From positions 12,211,888 through 12,275,887 of the forward strand of contig JAUZTB010000118.1 of NCBI GenBank assembly GCA_034780895.1: a stretch of 64,000 nucleotides of DNA. Reading direction: 5' to 3'. Source of the DNA: Rhynchobatus australiae. Its lineage: Eukaryota. The notes under the pieces are model-generated. The model had not been told where the DNA came from. It saw nothing but the letters and a program-made list of their open reading frames with translations, and ran no database searches. The translations under genes were made by a program, and so were the position numbers. Of the stretch, positions 39,851 to 53,390 are shown in pieces (position 1 is the stretch's first letter; each line of letters opens with the position of its first letter).

Positions 39851-41275
39851 TAAAATGTGTAATTTTATACATCCAAAGCACTTCCTAGAGTTGGGGGGGG
39901 GGTGGGAAGAAAGCTTGAATTCTCTATCTTCTGCAACATATCTTGCATTTGGAGCAAATGGCAGCTTTCTTGACCATGTAGAGCCAATGCTGTATGTAAA
40001 AAGCTCCATTTTGTAGAACTTGTAAAGCACGAAACCATGTATTTCTCAGAACTTAATAGAAGTTTCACTGAACTGTAACATTCAGAGCATTTCTACCATA
40101 TAAAACACACAATTCAACTCTCATTCCTTTTCTCCATCTCGTATAGAAAGCTTAGTGGTTCATATAATCAATATTTTCCTTTTTCTTTTATTACTGACTA
40201 ATTATTACAAAATTACTATTTTGTAATTTAGGTTTCTTGCAAGGATTTTCAGTTTCATCCATGAGCATGCTTTTAGTTTAACTTGTGTTAATAATTAAAC
40301 ACAGCTGATGTGCAAAACTAAATAATATGAAATATGGACAATCTTCATTTTTTTTCTTTTGGAGAGAAACTTTATGTGCATTTTTGAATTGAACAAGGCA
40401 TCACATTTCCATCTTTCAATAATGGAGGCCTACTTGAGATGCATTAATATGTGTAATTGAAGGCTCAACATTATTATTAACAGAATACATTCAACCCAAC
40501 ATGTCACTTGTTTACAAATCTAAAGGAATTAGTTTGTTGAAGCCCAACAATCTAGGCTACATTCCTAAATGTTTAAATTAAAAGGAGGTAGAATTCTGCT
40601 CTTAATACTGATTTAATGACATTTGCTGTTTTAATTCTGATGAAATTGATAGTTGGAACTGAAATAACAACACAATTACAGACTATCTTTTCCACTTTTA
40701 ACACCATGCAAAAGGATCACTCTGGGAGCAGAAGTACAACAGCAGTGCCCTCATCTGGTGACAATAGTGCTGGGCTGTTTTTTTTAAACGTACAGGAATT
40801 TTTACCAACCACATTGAATTTCATACCCAATCCAAGTTTCTCTAGTTAGTAATTTTAAACATGTATGTAACTTGGAGCTGGACCAGGACTAGATACACAT
40901 GTTGCACAAATCTGATGTTAGTGGAGCAGTAAAGAAGTTGTTACCTTCTAGTAATATTTTGAACTCTACTTGTGTCAGGGTTTTTTTTCGTTAAATTACA
41001 ACCTGGGAATTAAACAGAACAGAGCAGCTCTTTGGTCTTTGAGATAGTGTAATAAATTACTTCAAGCCATGTAAAGTCAAACATTAAGCTTAAAAAGCTT
41101 CTCGTGATGTTTGAGGAATCGCAATGAAGGTATAATCTGTATGAGTGCCGAGTGATAGAGGGAATGTGTCTGCAATATTGACACTGTCAATAATTTATGT
41201 AGTATTTAAAATTTAAACAGTTATGCAATTATTTTCTGCCTATTAAAAGATTACATTCATTTTTAAATTCTTCAG

Positions 41276-41368
41276 GTCCTGTTCTACCAGATTTAACAGA
41301 GCAGTTCTCGCCCCCGAGTCTTGCTCCAGCAATCCTTGTGAAGTTAATAGAGGCTATTGAAAGAACAG
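41276..41368 (+). CDS. pik3r1: p85-alpha exon 3 (start of BH/RhoGAP domain)
   Basis: ttcag|...[30 protein letters not shown]...|gtaaga; 93 nt, phase 1-1. Not in the ORF track. Confidence 0.95.
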
Positions 41369-41859
41369 GTAAGATGAACAAACCACGTTCACAATTTGAG
41401 CTTCTGAAATAAAATTTTGAATTAAAGCAAATAGAAATGGTTTTGTTTTTAAAAGATGACCAAAATGAACATTATAATCATGGTGTGGACAAATGGCTTG
41501 TAACTATACTACTTGCAAGAAAAAAATGTTAGAAACAAAATATACAATTTGATAGTCAACTAGAATAGTTTGATCTTTAATTGTATATGAATTTTAATCA
41601 AAAGTATTTTTAAGAATATTGGTAGTAGTTCTACAACTTCCAACNNNNNNNNNNNNNNNNNNNNNNNNNTAAAAGTTTTGTAAAATTTCTTTATCTTCAG
41701 AGAATATCTTGTATTTTGAATGCATGAGTTACTGCATTAATAAGAGCCATAGTTTGAGGATAGTGTGGCTCATGGAAATGCAGGAGCTACTCTACATTAG
41801 TAATTTGACTATTTCTAGCCTTCTAAACTTAATGCAAGAATTTGATTTGTGTTTCCTAG

Positions 41860-41934
41860 GTCTTGAGAGTGCCAACTTATACCGGACTTCTGGTTCATGT
41901 GGTGGTGCTGAATTAAAGCAGTTGTTGGATTATG
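41860..41934 (+). CDS. pik3r1: p85-alpha exon 4 (BH domain)
   Basis: cctag|...GLESANLYRTSGSCGGAELKQLLDY...|gtaaat; 75 nt. Confidence 0.93.
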
Positions 41935-43233
41935 GTAAATACATGCTACATTTGGATCCTTTTCAAGTTGTAACACTTAAAGCCTGATATAAATATATAC
42001 ACAGCATTCCTTTGTTAATGGTTAAGTGCATTGCCACTTGTGAACTGTTGTGTTTTCTCCTTCCCTCCTTCTCTCCCTCCCCAAACCCCAATAACAAAAA
42101 GATTGGTGTAGTGGTTGAACTTCTCCATATTGCAGAAAGGAGTGTGAAGTGCTGGGAAAAGTTATTTGTTCTGACTTTTTCTTAAATTTCACAGCCTTTG
42201 CTTACTCTCAATGAAGTTTTCAAACAAAAATCATGTTGATTTGGGTAGCGTTCGTATAATCCTTGGCATGAAGCTCCTGAGAGAAACAGTTAATCTGGGT
42301 AGTCTTAGGTTTGTTTTCAATGCAGAAGTACTTTTTTTAAGTCTGTACCTTTTGGTTACCACTAGGGGGCTGCTTAATACAGCATTTCAAGTTGATCATA
42401 TTGCAGATATCATTTACCAAGGGACCAAATGATACCAGCTGATTTTTCTACAATGAATTTATCCCTTTTAATCATTGAGATCACAATTGTTGCTGCCAAT
42501 TCCACCCTTTGCTTCACATATTTTAGTTATATTCCCTGCTTTGCTTTATGTAGACTTGCACAATTCATTAGAAATAAAAGGTCAAACTTGTAAAGCAACA
42601 ATGTTTTTAATAACATATATTCCTAGGCTGATGGAAAGAATTCCTATACAACTTTTATCTTCTGTTATAATATTTCTCCTTTCAAAAAAAATTTAATATC
42701 ATGGATACCAGCTACATTTGGGGTTCGTTTGAGACCAGTTTTATATAGATATTGAACAAAGCAGACTAGCTGACTATTTGATTTTTTTTCTTCAATTATG
42801 TGACCCTGTACTCCAAGGTACACTTCAATGTAATGGGGCCCATGGCTGCTTTTCTTTCTTCTGTCTGGGGGACAAAGGCAATATTTATGTGTCCATCTGT
42901 ATTGCTCTGGTTGTGAATGAGAATGAGCTACAGACTGAACTTTGAATGCTACTGATTAGTAAGACACCACCACCACTCCATCTAATCCTACCACTGGGGA
43001 GTCCTCATATGGTTATTTGTTGAAGTTTGTATGTTTTTGTGCTGAAAATCTGCCTTGCACTTGGGCTTATCTGAAGACCTATCCCATAACAATGCCACTG
43101 CTTTTTGTAAACAGATTTCTGCTTGCTTATAACTCTGTGCTTTCTCTATAAAGTTAAAAGTTCAGTAAAACTAACAACAACCAATTTGTTTTGAAAATAG
43201 TTCTGTGTAGTTATGTGTATTTCTCTATACTAG

Positions 43234-43365
43234 ATGCAGCTTCAGTGGATGTTGAACAGTTTGATCTGCAGTCACTAACTGAGGCGTTAAGGCAATATCT
43301 TCAGGAACTACCAAATCCTGTCATTCCTACATCCATCTACAGTGATATGGTTTATATAGCTCAAG
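43234..43365 (+). CDS. pik3r1: p85-alpha exon 5 (BH domain)
   Basis: actag|...DAASVDVEQFDLQSLTEALRQYLQELPNPVIP...IAQ|gtaaga; 132 nt. Confidence 0.95.
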
Positions 43366-44474
43366 GTAAGAAAGAAATAACCTTAATTTATATTCAGGTA
43401 CTGAAATACTTAAGAAGAAAAATTATTTCCAGCAGTTAACATATATGCAAATTCTAAATCAAATTCCAGAGTCAAGAAGGTTGCCATGTTGGGAAAAATG
43501 ATGGTCAGTTTATGTATTGCAAAATTCTATATAAATTGCTATGACAAACTGGCAGATTAAGTAGTTGTACTAACGTTGAGTAGTAAATATTGCACTTAAT
43601 TTAAAAAAAGTGATTTTTAACAAATTTTCCAAGTAATAGGGCAAAACACAAGATCATATTAACTGGAGCATAGATTGGGCTTCTTGAAAATTTCAGGGAA
43701 AACTGCTTTTTATAAATTTACCTCATCCCCAACCTTGTCCTTTCACCCAGCTCTCACTCTTTCATGGTTGTATCTATATATGCTTTGATTGTAAATTCAC
43801 TTATTTTTGTGATTGTTGGCAAAATGTGTCCAGTCAATATCACAAAATTTTGTCATAATATGATTTTGCTTTATTCATTGCAAACTAGAATAAATAATCC
43901 TTTGACTGCAGTTTGTCCATGGATTTCAGTAATTGTATTTATTGAGAAATAACTGCATAAATGTGTGAACCTCTAATGTGATCTTCATCTGGCACACAAA
44001 GTACTGAGACACTTAACCACCACTTGTACTATATGGTATATAAAGTTTAGGTGTGGTTATGTAACAAAAATTTTAAAATTGCAGAAGACTTTGAGCTTCT
44101 CCGTCTGTGGCGCTGGTTAGCTTGCAGTGCGTAGACCTATTAACATCAGTGCATAATGCAATGAAAGGATGTGGTTTATCCTATCTGCTCTATCTATAAA
44201 TTGTCCAATCATTTGCATTAGAGAAAAAGCAGACCTATAGTACAGCACATACTAAGTGTTTGTGGTCTGTATCACAATGCATGCAGTTTTCCATTAGCTG
44301 CCCACAGTACCTTAAAGGTTTTCTTTTAACCCAGACGTGGATTATTAACTGTCATTATTAATCTGAATGTTTCCTTAAATTTTGGATGCAGTGAATTTTG
44401 ATCATGAATGACTACGTTATTAGATCTTTTGCCTAGTTATTGACAGCCATGATATTTAACTTTTTTAACTGCAG

Positions 44475-44676
44475 AGGTACTCAATACAGAGGAGTGTGCA
44501 CAGTTGCTGAGGAGAGCTATCCGGTCCCATAATGTGCCTCAGCAGTATTGGCTTACTCTTCATTATTTGATCAAGCATTTCTGCAAACTTTGTCAAAGCT
44601 CTGGGAAGAACAACCTGAGTGCAAGAACTTTGGCGGAAATTTTCAGCCCTTTGCTTTTTAGACAACAAGCAGCGAG
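44475..44676 (+). CDS. pik3r1: p85-alpha exon 6 (BH domain)
   Basis: tgcag|...[16 protein letters not shown]...[19 protein letters not shown]...|gtatgt; 202 nt. Confidence 0.96.
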
Positions 44677-44869
44677 GTATGTTTGCTACCAGGAAGTCTG
44701 TTTCTGAAGTATTTGAGAAACATCACAAAACATTAACTTTTTCCTGTTTAAGATTTTTAATGGTTTATAGCCAATCATTTAAAATTGAATTTGCTGTTTT
44801 AATATTTTTAAAAGCAGATATTGTGCTCTTTATGGTTTGAGATTTTGAATTAATTTTTATCTTGTCTAG

Positions 44870-44964
44870 TTCGGATACAAATCCTGAATATCTCACAAAA
44901 ATTATAGAAGTACTTATAGCCAGTGAATGCCACGAAACCCAGACTGCACAAGCACCAGCACCAG
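44870..44964 (+). CDS. pik3r1: p85-alpha exon 7 (end of BH domain)
   Basis: tctag|...SDTNPEYLTKIIEVLIASECHETQTAQAPAP...|gtaaga; 95 nt, phase 2-1. Confidence 0.92.
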
Positions 44965-46779
44965 GTAAGATTTGATATGATTGTTTGTTGCTCTCAAGAT
45001 TCAATATGACTCGCCTAAATGTTCAAAATATATGGCTTACGTGAGGCGGAATGGTGTTCTGATTCCAGCTAGATCACTGTTTTTGTATAAAGAACTAATC
45101 CAGTTTTACACCATTCATTTCTGAATAAAATTAGATTGTTAATGTAAATCTTAGTGCATTTGTTCCAGTAGAGTCAGTTTTCATTTTAGTTTGCTCTCAT
45201 TTAATAAGTTTTGTATTTGAAATTTATACTACAAGATGATTGACCTGGCACTGGATAATTTTGTTGTACAACTCTTAGTTTATTTAACAGAATCCCTCAA
45301 AATCTACATGTAGCCTATTTATTCTGCTCCCTAACATTATGTTGATAACTTTGGTGAAGCACTAACTTCGAGCTTTTTTAGTAGTTCTCATTTTTAATAT
45401 GTTCTAAAGTAATGATTTGGATGTGAAGCTGGTTAGCAAGAATGCCAAGTTCAATTATCTACCTGAAGAATTGTTTTCCTCACGTATAGTTTATCTTTTC
45501 CCATAATCATTTGAGCTTGCATATTAATCTTTAAAAATTTTAAAAGCTTTAAAATCTTTTTTTTTAAATTAAATGTTATGTGGAGAATATAGGGTATTCT
45601 TGGGTGCCCATTTCATTTCTTGATGCAAAACTGCTCTAATATGCACTTTGTTCTTTTGTACACTTCATTTATTATCAATGTAATTTCAATCAAAACTAGC
45701 CATCTGAGTAAAATGGGGAAATGATTTAATGTCCTTTCACTGATTAAGAGGGGTGTCGTAAGTGACCAGTTGCTAAACTAGATCTTCAGATATGTGACAT
45801 GGACTATCCTTGCAGGCGGAATCATTTTGTTTTCCTCCTGCCTGCATTTGTATTTTGGTGGGGTGACAGAGAAGCCCCCTTGACCTCAGTTCAGTTTTTA
45901 ATGAAGTAAAATGTTGAATCTTAATTTGAAATGGAACACTTGGTGCATGATTGAGACATTAAAATGTAGCCTTCTTTAATGACTTTTCACTGGTGGTGAA
46001 GGATGGTGGCAGCTATGAATGTAGTTTTGCTTCGTTGTCAGGGCAAACATCTCAGATATAGGAGTGGTGGAAAGTAGTCCACATGGCTGAGTCTTAAAGA
46101 TCCACTTGCATTCCCAATAGTGACCAGTGCATCGAAATTAACTTGTAAAACTCTGAAATTATTTGGGAGTCAGTGCTGGATACATCAATATCCACACTAA
46201 AAATATTTCTGAATGACTACTTGCATAGCTTCCATCTGTAATTATCCTGTCTTTAATTCAGCAGTTAAGTAGAAAATCAAACAATTGAATCATCTGCTGG
46301 GATTATTATTGGTGGTATAAGAAAAATTTGAGGCCTTTTGCTACATTTCTGCTTTCCCTTAACCATCATAGAAGTCTCTCAAATGGGAGTGTCATTTTTC
46401 TTGTATATAGCATTTATATAGCAGAAAACTGGAAAGCAAATTTGTACCATTCTTGGGATGCCTGATGAGTTATCCATAGTCTGTTTAAAATGTGGCTTAC
46501 CACTGAGTGGGTTTCAAAGTCCAATAGATGTAAAATTACCTTCTCAAAATGCTTTATTTATTACAGTGATATACTTAGTGCTATCAGTTATGTTTTTATA
46601 AATATTTGAAATCAAAATATTGTATTCTTTATCTCTTCTAATAAACCTTAATGCAAAAGGAACAAAACCTCATCTAAGTACATTATGTTCTTGTGGACTT
46701 CAACTTTCAGATAATTCCTGTTTTCTGAACAGATTCCAATTTCTATCATTCCTTTCCCATTCCTTTGGTCATCTTGGAT

Positions 46780-47065
46780 AATTATGTATTTGTACCTCCT
46801 CTGGACTTTACCTGACACTTATCCCTTTTTGGATATTTATTTTCTCTTGCCTTGCATTTTATCTTGCACCTTTTTTGCTGTGTTTCAATACTTTATTTCT
46901 CATTTTCTTATGAATGCCTGTCAATTGGAAATATTGCCTCCATTTCTCTTTGTACAGATGCTGCCTGACTTGGTACTTCCACCATTGTATGTTTGTATTT
47001 CAAACTAATTTAATGCAGCAAATCTGAAATGAAAACAGAAAATGCAGATCAGGTAGCATCTTTTT
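46780..47065. mobile_element. Penelope-derived fragments
   Basis: cagatgctgcctgacttgg...tatttca, followed by aaatctgaaatgaaaacagaaaatgc. Confidence 0.5.
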
Positions 47066-50000
47066 TTAAGAAATGCAAACTCTTACAGCTCTATAAACCC
47101 TGTAAGATGTCTGCAGTCCTCTAATTCTGGTCATCTGTGAATTTAATCACTTCTCCTTTGGCAGCCATGCCAGAAACGATCAGCTTTGGAAATCTTCCCT
47201 CAATTTCTTGTTTCTTTCTGTCCTTCTCCAAAATTATTCTTCATCTAAGCTTTGGTCATCAACACCATTACAGTTTTATGTAGTTCATTATCAACTTTTG
47301 TCTGAAAACCCTCCTGTGAGGGGCCTTCTGATGATTTACTTACAAGGTGCCTTTAAGGAACAGAGGTGGTTGTTTCTGATATCACCTGAGATCAGTTTGT
47401 TATCTGAACCNNNNNNNNNNNNNNNNNNNNNNNNNNNNNNNNNNNNNNNNNNNNNNNNNNNNNNNNNNNNNNNNNNNNNNNNNNNNNNNNNNNNNNNNNN
47501 NNNNNNNNNNNNNNNNNNNNNNNNNNNNNNNNNNNNNNNNNNNNNNNNNNNNNNNNNNNNNNNNNNNNNNNNNNNNNNNNNNNNNNNNNNNNNNNNNNNN
47601 NNNNNNNNNNNNNNNNNNNNNNNNNNNNNNNNTCTTCTACCTTTTTAACCCTACATTATATTTATCTTCCTACTCTTTGTTTTGGACTTCATACTTGGTC
47701 TTGGGTTACCAAGAAAATGAATTTGCCTTTGAGTCTAAGGAAAATTAAAGTGATAATACATTTTAAAAATCTTTTTGTAGCACTCCCCTCTCAAAAATCG
47801 TGTCCTTGTCACAATTTTTTCATAGGCACTCAATTTGGGGGTGATATATATGAATGAATTGTAGTTCCATTATTTAGAATTCATTGTTCAATGATGGTGT
47901 GTGAAATAAATGATAGTCATGTGCGTGAAATTGGACTTGGCTCACTTTTAGACATTAAGATTGCCTAGAGGTCCACAGTGGTATATATGACGTAGGAGTT
48001 GCTGCTGGATACCACATTGTTTGAGGGTGTTAGTTTGAGGCATCCACAGGAAGTATGCTGAGTAGGCAGATTATATCCATTAGTGTCCAATGCTGATTTG
48101 TTGCCAAAGCTGCCATTTTGAAGCTTGGTGCTAGTGCATACTCATTCTAATGCACTTTATTGAATATTCACTCAGAGCCAAAAGGACTCCAGTCTACATC
48201 ACCACCACTCCGAACAGTGTTATTTAAAGGTTCATGAATTATTTACAGTTTGGTTGATTTATTTCTTCATTGCTATATATCTGCAAGTGTTTTGTGGTTT
48301 TGAGAGGTGGTTTAAATTGCTGTTGTATGCAACCAGTAATGTAGCTTGCGCTGAAGGACTTCGGCTGTTCTTGGGCATCTGTACAAAGTGTTCCCAGACT
48401 TGATTCCATGGGATAGCATCTTTCCAACATAGCATGATATGAAAAATAGCTATAACTGTATAGGGTGTTCAAGGAGCAATTCTAATGAATCTCTGAAGAA
48501 AAGTATGAAATATTTATACTTCAATAAGGATGTCCTCGAATAAGGTAGAGCAAGGATATTATTGCCACTAGCTGACTATGAATTTTTTGTATCTGGCATC
48601 TTCCAGACTGGAGTGAGAAATATTTGTAATATCTCTGATTTCATCCACTTCTACATAATGATAATCACTGGTTCTCTATTCAAAAAATACCAACTGTAAT
48701 ATTCTGTCTTGTCAGAGACCAGCAGGAGGATTAGAGAAAAAATATGTGGCCTTGCAAGAATAGGTCTTCCCCATGTGACAGTGTGCAGTTGACTGCCAAT
48801 CATTTTTGTGGGCACTGAGTGAAAACTCTGCTGTATGCCAAAACCAAAAGAGATTACACTCCTTTAGTGTCCGGCTGATTATAGGATCATAGACAGTGAA
48901 TTATGCAACATGGGCTGCAAACCACCTTCCTGGCTTCACTCGTAATGTCTTCATTTCATGGACGCCATAACATAGTGATTCCAGAGCAAATGCCATATAG
49001 TGATAGCATAACAAAAGTTTCTAATGTCTAGTATAGATGTTGCTGGGCAACTTGCATATAGTGAAAGCTCTGCTGCTTCACAAAATGTGATAGAACACCA
49101 CTCTGAAGGGGTGCCTCCTTTGTTAAAGTGATTATCAAGATTTGTCTACTGTTTGCTGCACAACCTTTTTGCTATGAGAAAACTAGGTATGTGGTGAACC
49201 AGATGAGAAGTAGGAGGAGGAATTGCAACCGAGACAACTCCTTCCTGTCTGTGAAGTGCAGTTCCACTATTTGGGATCTCAATTCTCCATTTACAACCAT
49301 ATGCCTTCCTTTCTGTCGCTGCCCATAATGCTGCCTGCTCAGCCACAATGCAAAGTTGCCACAAATCAAATGATGCAAACCAGTTTGTAAGCTCATTAAT
49401 AGTGTTCAATGCAGAGTCTCAAGTTTCTTTGCTTGATCTAGTGTAACCTCACTGGGTGGAGCTTAGCTAGTGAAAGACTGCCTATTTACTTTTCCGGGGA
49501 AGACTGGTGGCTTTGCTGTTTGTCCTCCAAACAGGTCATGAGGCCTGGCTATGGACTCCTCCAGCTCAGCATGGGTAGCAGCAGTCCAGGCCAACTAGTT
49601 GACCAGCAGAGGTATCAATGGAGTAACAAGGGTGGGAGGACAAATGCTGTCCTGACAGAATATGGTTGGTTCATACCCCATTATAAACAGTATAGCCTCA
49701 AATTCAAATGATCACTTTGAAGGCTGGATTGCTTTGAGACATTGCAAGGTATTTTGCATTCTGATCTTCCATCTGTGGTGGCAGAAACCAGAATTTGGAT
49801 GTTTGTTCTCAGTGTTTGCTTGCTGTGTTCCTTGGAAGCTGCAACTTAAGGCACTGCATCAAATTGGTTCACAAGTTATGAAGCTGTTAGCTACCACAAG
49901 TTAGGCTCCAAGCTCTGTGCAAAGCCCTATACCAAATTTGTGTTGGACTTCTCTGTACTCATTGACCTTGCACACAAGATTTCTTGTAGACATTCCAATG

Positions 50001-50934
50001 TAACAAGTGTTTAATTTTGTACTTTGAGCATTTTTACATGTGGCATCTTATTGAAGTCCTTATCGGAGCCTACTGAGCAGGATGTGCGCATCTTAGCATT
50101 TAGCATTTGTGCACTCTTTACCACTGTAGCGTCTGAATCTCTTGCGGATTTCACCTCTATATAATGACAGGAGTGGCAATGTCGATTACTGAGCTGGTGG
50201 CTGAGCAAGTGAAATCAAGTATCTGTCTCATTTTATTCCTCTTGATGTGTTAACTGTTGGATACCTCAGGAACAAGGCATGGGACTAGAAGTTGTAGTGA
50301 ATGAAAAATGTTTGGGGTGGGGGAAAGAGAAAGGAATGCACCTTTGCACTTGACAATTTAAAAATCAGAAGTGTGCTTGAGTAAGGAAGAAGATTCTGTA
50401 TCACAACACTGTCGTCATTGATATTTCTAGCTCTTTTGGTAGCCATGGTCCAATGATGGCCAACGGTCTCTCTTGCATGCAGTTTGACCTGAAGGCGAAT
50501 TGAGTTGGTGAGTGGCGTGCAGTATTTGAGTCATGTGGATGTCCTGGGTGAACAGCTGACTCAGTAAATGCAATGAAATATGGCAGCACTGCTAAGATTT
50601 TGAGCATGCATGAATGTTTGGGATGAGTACTGAGAGGAAAATTTGGTAGTGAATGATATGGTGCTGTGTCTGGGGGAGTGCAGGTTAGCTTGTGGCAATA
50701 CAAGCCACTTAAAATGGTGATTTCCCCCCCCCCCCTCCTTTCCCCAACTGATTAAAGAATCTGTAAACAATATCTTTTAAAAGAAAGCTAGTGTCTGGGA
50801 TTGTACTAATACCAAGCCTTTCTAAAACTGGCAGGCTTATTGTCAGATGACCTGAAAAGTCCAAATCTAGTTCAAAGTTCATGTGCATCCAAGTTCCCTA
50901 ACCACAATTTTAGTTAGAATTTTAAGTTATGGGG

Positions 50935-51240
50935 GTAGTATTTTGAAGGACTATTGATGTGGAGAGGACTTCAAAGTCCATCATGGCAGCTGGGAAATTT
51001 GAGTAATTAAATCTGGAATAATAAAAACTAGTATTAGTAATGTTGACCATGAAACTGTTGTGTTGCTCTAAAAACCCATTTAGTTCACTATTGTCTATCA
51101 GATAAGGAAGTGCCATCCTTATCCAGTCTGACCGATATTTGACTCCAAAATGTTATTGTGGTTGACGCTTAACCATCTCAAGGGGAACTAGAGAGGCACA
51201 ATAAATTCCAACCTTGCTTGCATCCTGTCAACGAATAAAG
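50935..51240 (+). mobile_element. SINE sharing its 3' tail with the old LINE family
   Basis: catggcagctgggaaatttga...aaatctggaat...gaccatgaaac...aaaaacccatttagttcacta...tgactcca...tgtggttgacgcttaac...caataaat...gaataaa. Confidence 0.65.
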
Positions 51241-51329
51241 TAATTAAATCATTGAATCTGATTGTTGGATAACAAATGATCTGGCGCTTTTCATGCATGG
51301 ATTTTGGTAGTTATTGGTAAGCAATCGTT

Positions 51330-52600
51330 TATGGTCTATTTCTAATTCTTCTTGAGAAGGTGGTGGTCTTGAACTCCTACCTCTGTACCAAAGCAAATGC
51401 CCCAGTTCATTGGGAGGCAGTTTCAAGGATCTGGCTTAGCAGTTGGGTTAGAATGTGGTGGTCGTGGTTTTCATGTGTCTTCTATCCGCCTCTTCCTAGG
51501 TGATGGAGGTCATGAGTTGGGGAGATGCTATTGAGGACACCTTTTGAGTTGCAGTATATCTTGTAAATGATACAGACTGCAAACATAGTGAGCTGGAGTG
51601 GAAGGAGTGAATATTTAAAATTGGGTGCCAGTCAGGTGAACTGTAATATCCTGAGTGGTGATGATCTTTTTGCATTATTAGGAGCTGGACTTGTCCAGAT
51701 AAGTATAGAGCATTCCATCAGACTCTTTATGCCTTGTAGATGAAAAAAAATCATTGGATTAGTGGCTTGTACAGCCAGCCTTTGACCAGATCTTACAACC
51801 CCAATATTGGTTGTTCATTTAAAAGTTTCATCTTTAATGGTTCCAGGATGTTGGTGATTCATAAATAATGTCAAGAGGGAGGTGGTTTGATACTCTTGAT
51901 GTGAATTGACCAGTACTTTTGTGACAGGAATGTCACTTGCCACTTGTCAGAGCTATCTTAAATCTTGGGTCCTGATGTGTGGGAGCATGAACTTTCATTA
52001 TCTAAGGATCTGTGCATGTAATAGAACAAAATGCACTAAACACCAAACGTGACATTTCTGATGCTATGAAAGTTACTGAAACATCCTAAGATGTTTGGAT
52101 TTAGGAAGTCTTGCAGATTATACTGGAGCTGTGATGTTCTTTTTCCCCCTACAATAACTATCTTTCTTCCTTGCAATGTAAGACGGCAGCTAATGGAGAG
52201 TTTACTCCAACTTCTTATCAACTTCAGTTTTAAGAGCTCGTTAATGTCACACTTGGAGAAATGTTGATTTGGTATTAAACCCAGATTCCCTCAATTTACC
52301 CTTGGGTGAAATTAGGTTTTGTTTTCTGTGTTTGGACCAAAGCTTGCTTGAGGCCTCAAGCTGAGGACCTGGTGTAAAATTAAGCATCAATTAGTATTTT
52401 CTTGGAAAGTGATTTGTGTCAGTGCTGTTTACACCCCATTCCAATGTTTTGCAGGTGGTAAAAAGGAGGGCAATAAATGGCCAGATTTGGTTTGGAGTGT
52501 GGACAAGACATGACCTGTCATTTTCTGTGTTGTGTTTAAACAAAGTCATTAGGACACCAGTGTTGTTGGAACCCCTAACTTGAGCTCTATCTGCTCAGAT
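51330..52600 (-). mobile_element. Old LINE fragment (same family as 8510-9600)
   Basis: Shares cttgagaaggtggtgg, ttgttggagctg-like and tcacttgccacttgtcag segments with the 8510-9600 copy. Confidence 0.55.
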
Positions 52601-53330
52601 GTTTATTAATATCTTGGAAATCAAATTGACTGAAGACTAGTTACTGTGACAGAGACCTGAGAAAAGCCTATAAATGGGACAATGACAGTACTTTTGGTTG
52701 AAGATGGTTGTCTTGTTTTTGACTGTTATGATGAACCTTAGCACTGTTTAGGATACAAATGTTTTTAGAATGGCTGCTTCTGATTTGTCCATCCCCAATC
52801 ATATTTGGAAGTGGCAGGACCAATAATTTGTTTTGAACTGTAGAGCAAATTGAAGAGTTTTTTGGAGCATAACATTTCATATTAAGATAACTTTTCACTG
52901 GTGTGGAAGGTTAAATTAGAACAGTTCAGTTTTTTTATTGGGAGTATTTTTAAAATCTATGCGCTGAGTTGCCTGCCACGTGGGCATTTCTATTGAAATA
53001 CACTGAGGACTGAAATATGAGCTATCTAAAGTAGTGCAGTAATTTTTGTTCTGCACCTGTAGTCTGGCTTGAGGGGATTGATAGATTCTAAGTTGGACTG
53101 CTTGTGGAAGAAAGAAGGTTGAGGAAGGCTTTGATTGTATTTTTGCTGAACCAGCTTAGCTGCTTCCTGCATGTAGCTGCTAGAGATAGTCTCTGCAGAA
53201 AAGCAAACTATTTTAAGAAAGTTTGCAGTGTTTCTGAAATGGGCTTTAGTATTTTCTGTATTGGAAATACCACTTGAAGAATAACTTGGATTTTTGCTAA
53301 TGAAAGTTGATTCAAATTTCTAACTTGCAG

Positions 53331-53390
53331 CCTTCTCCTCCTCCTCTTCCTCCTCCTCCTTCCCATCATCTAACCTTCTTTCTCACCCCC
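53331..53390 (+). repeat. (CCT)n-rich polypyrimidine tract
   Basis: ccttctcctcctcctcttcctcctcctccttccc... Confidence 0.85.

Noticed and set aside
47900-50250. Mixed-composition block that may be an old retroelement
   Set aside because: I could not find a diagnostic RT or endonuclease motif, so it is left unannotated.
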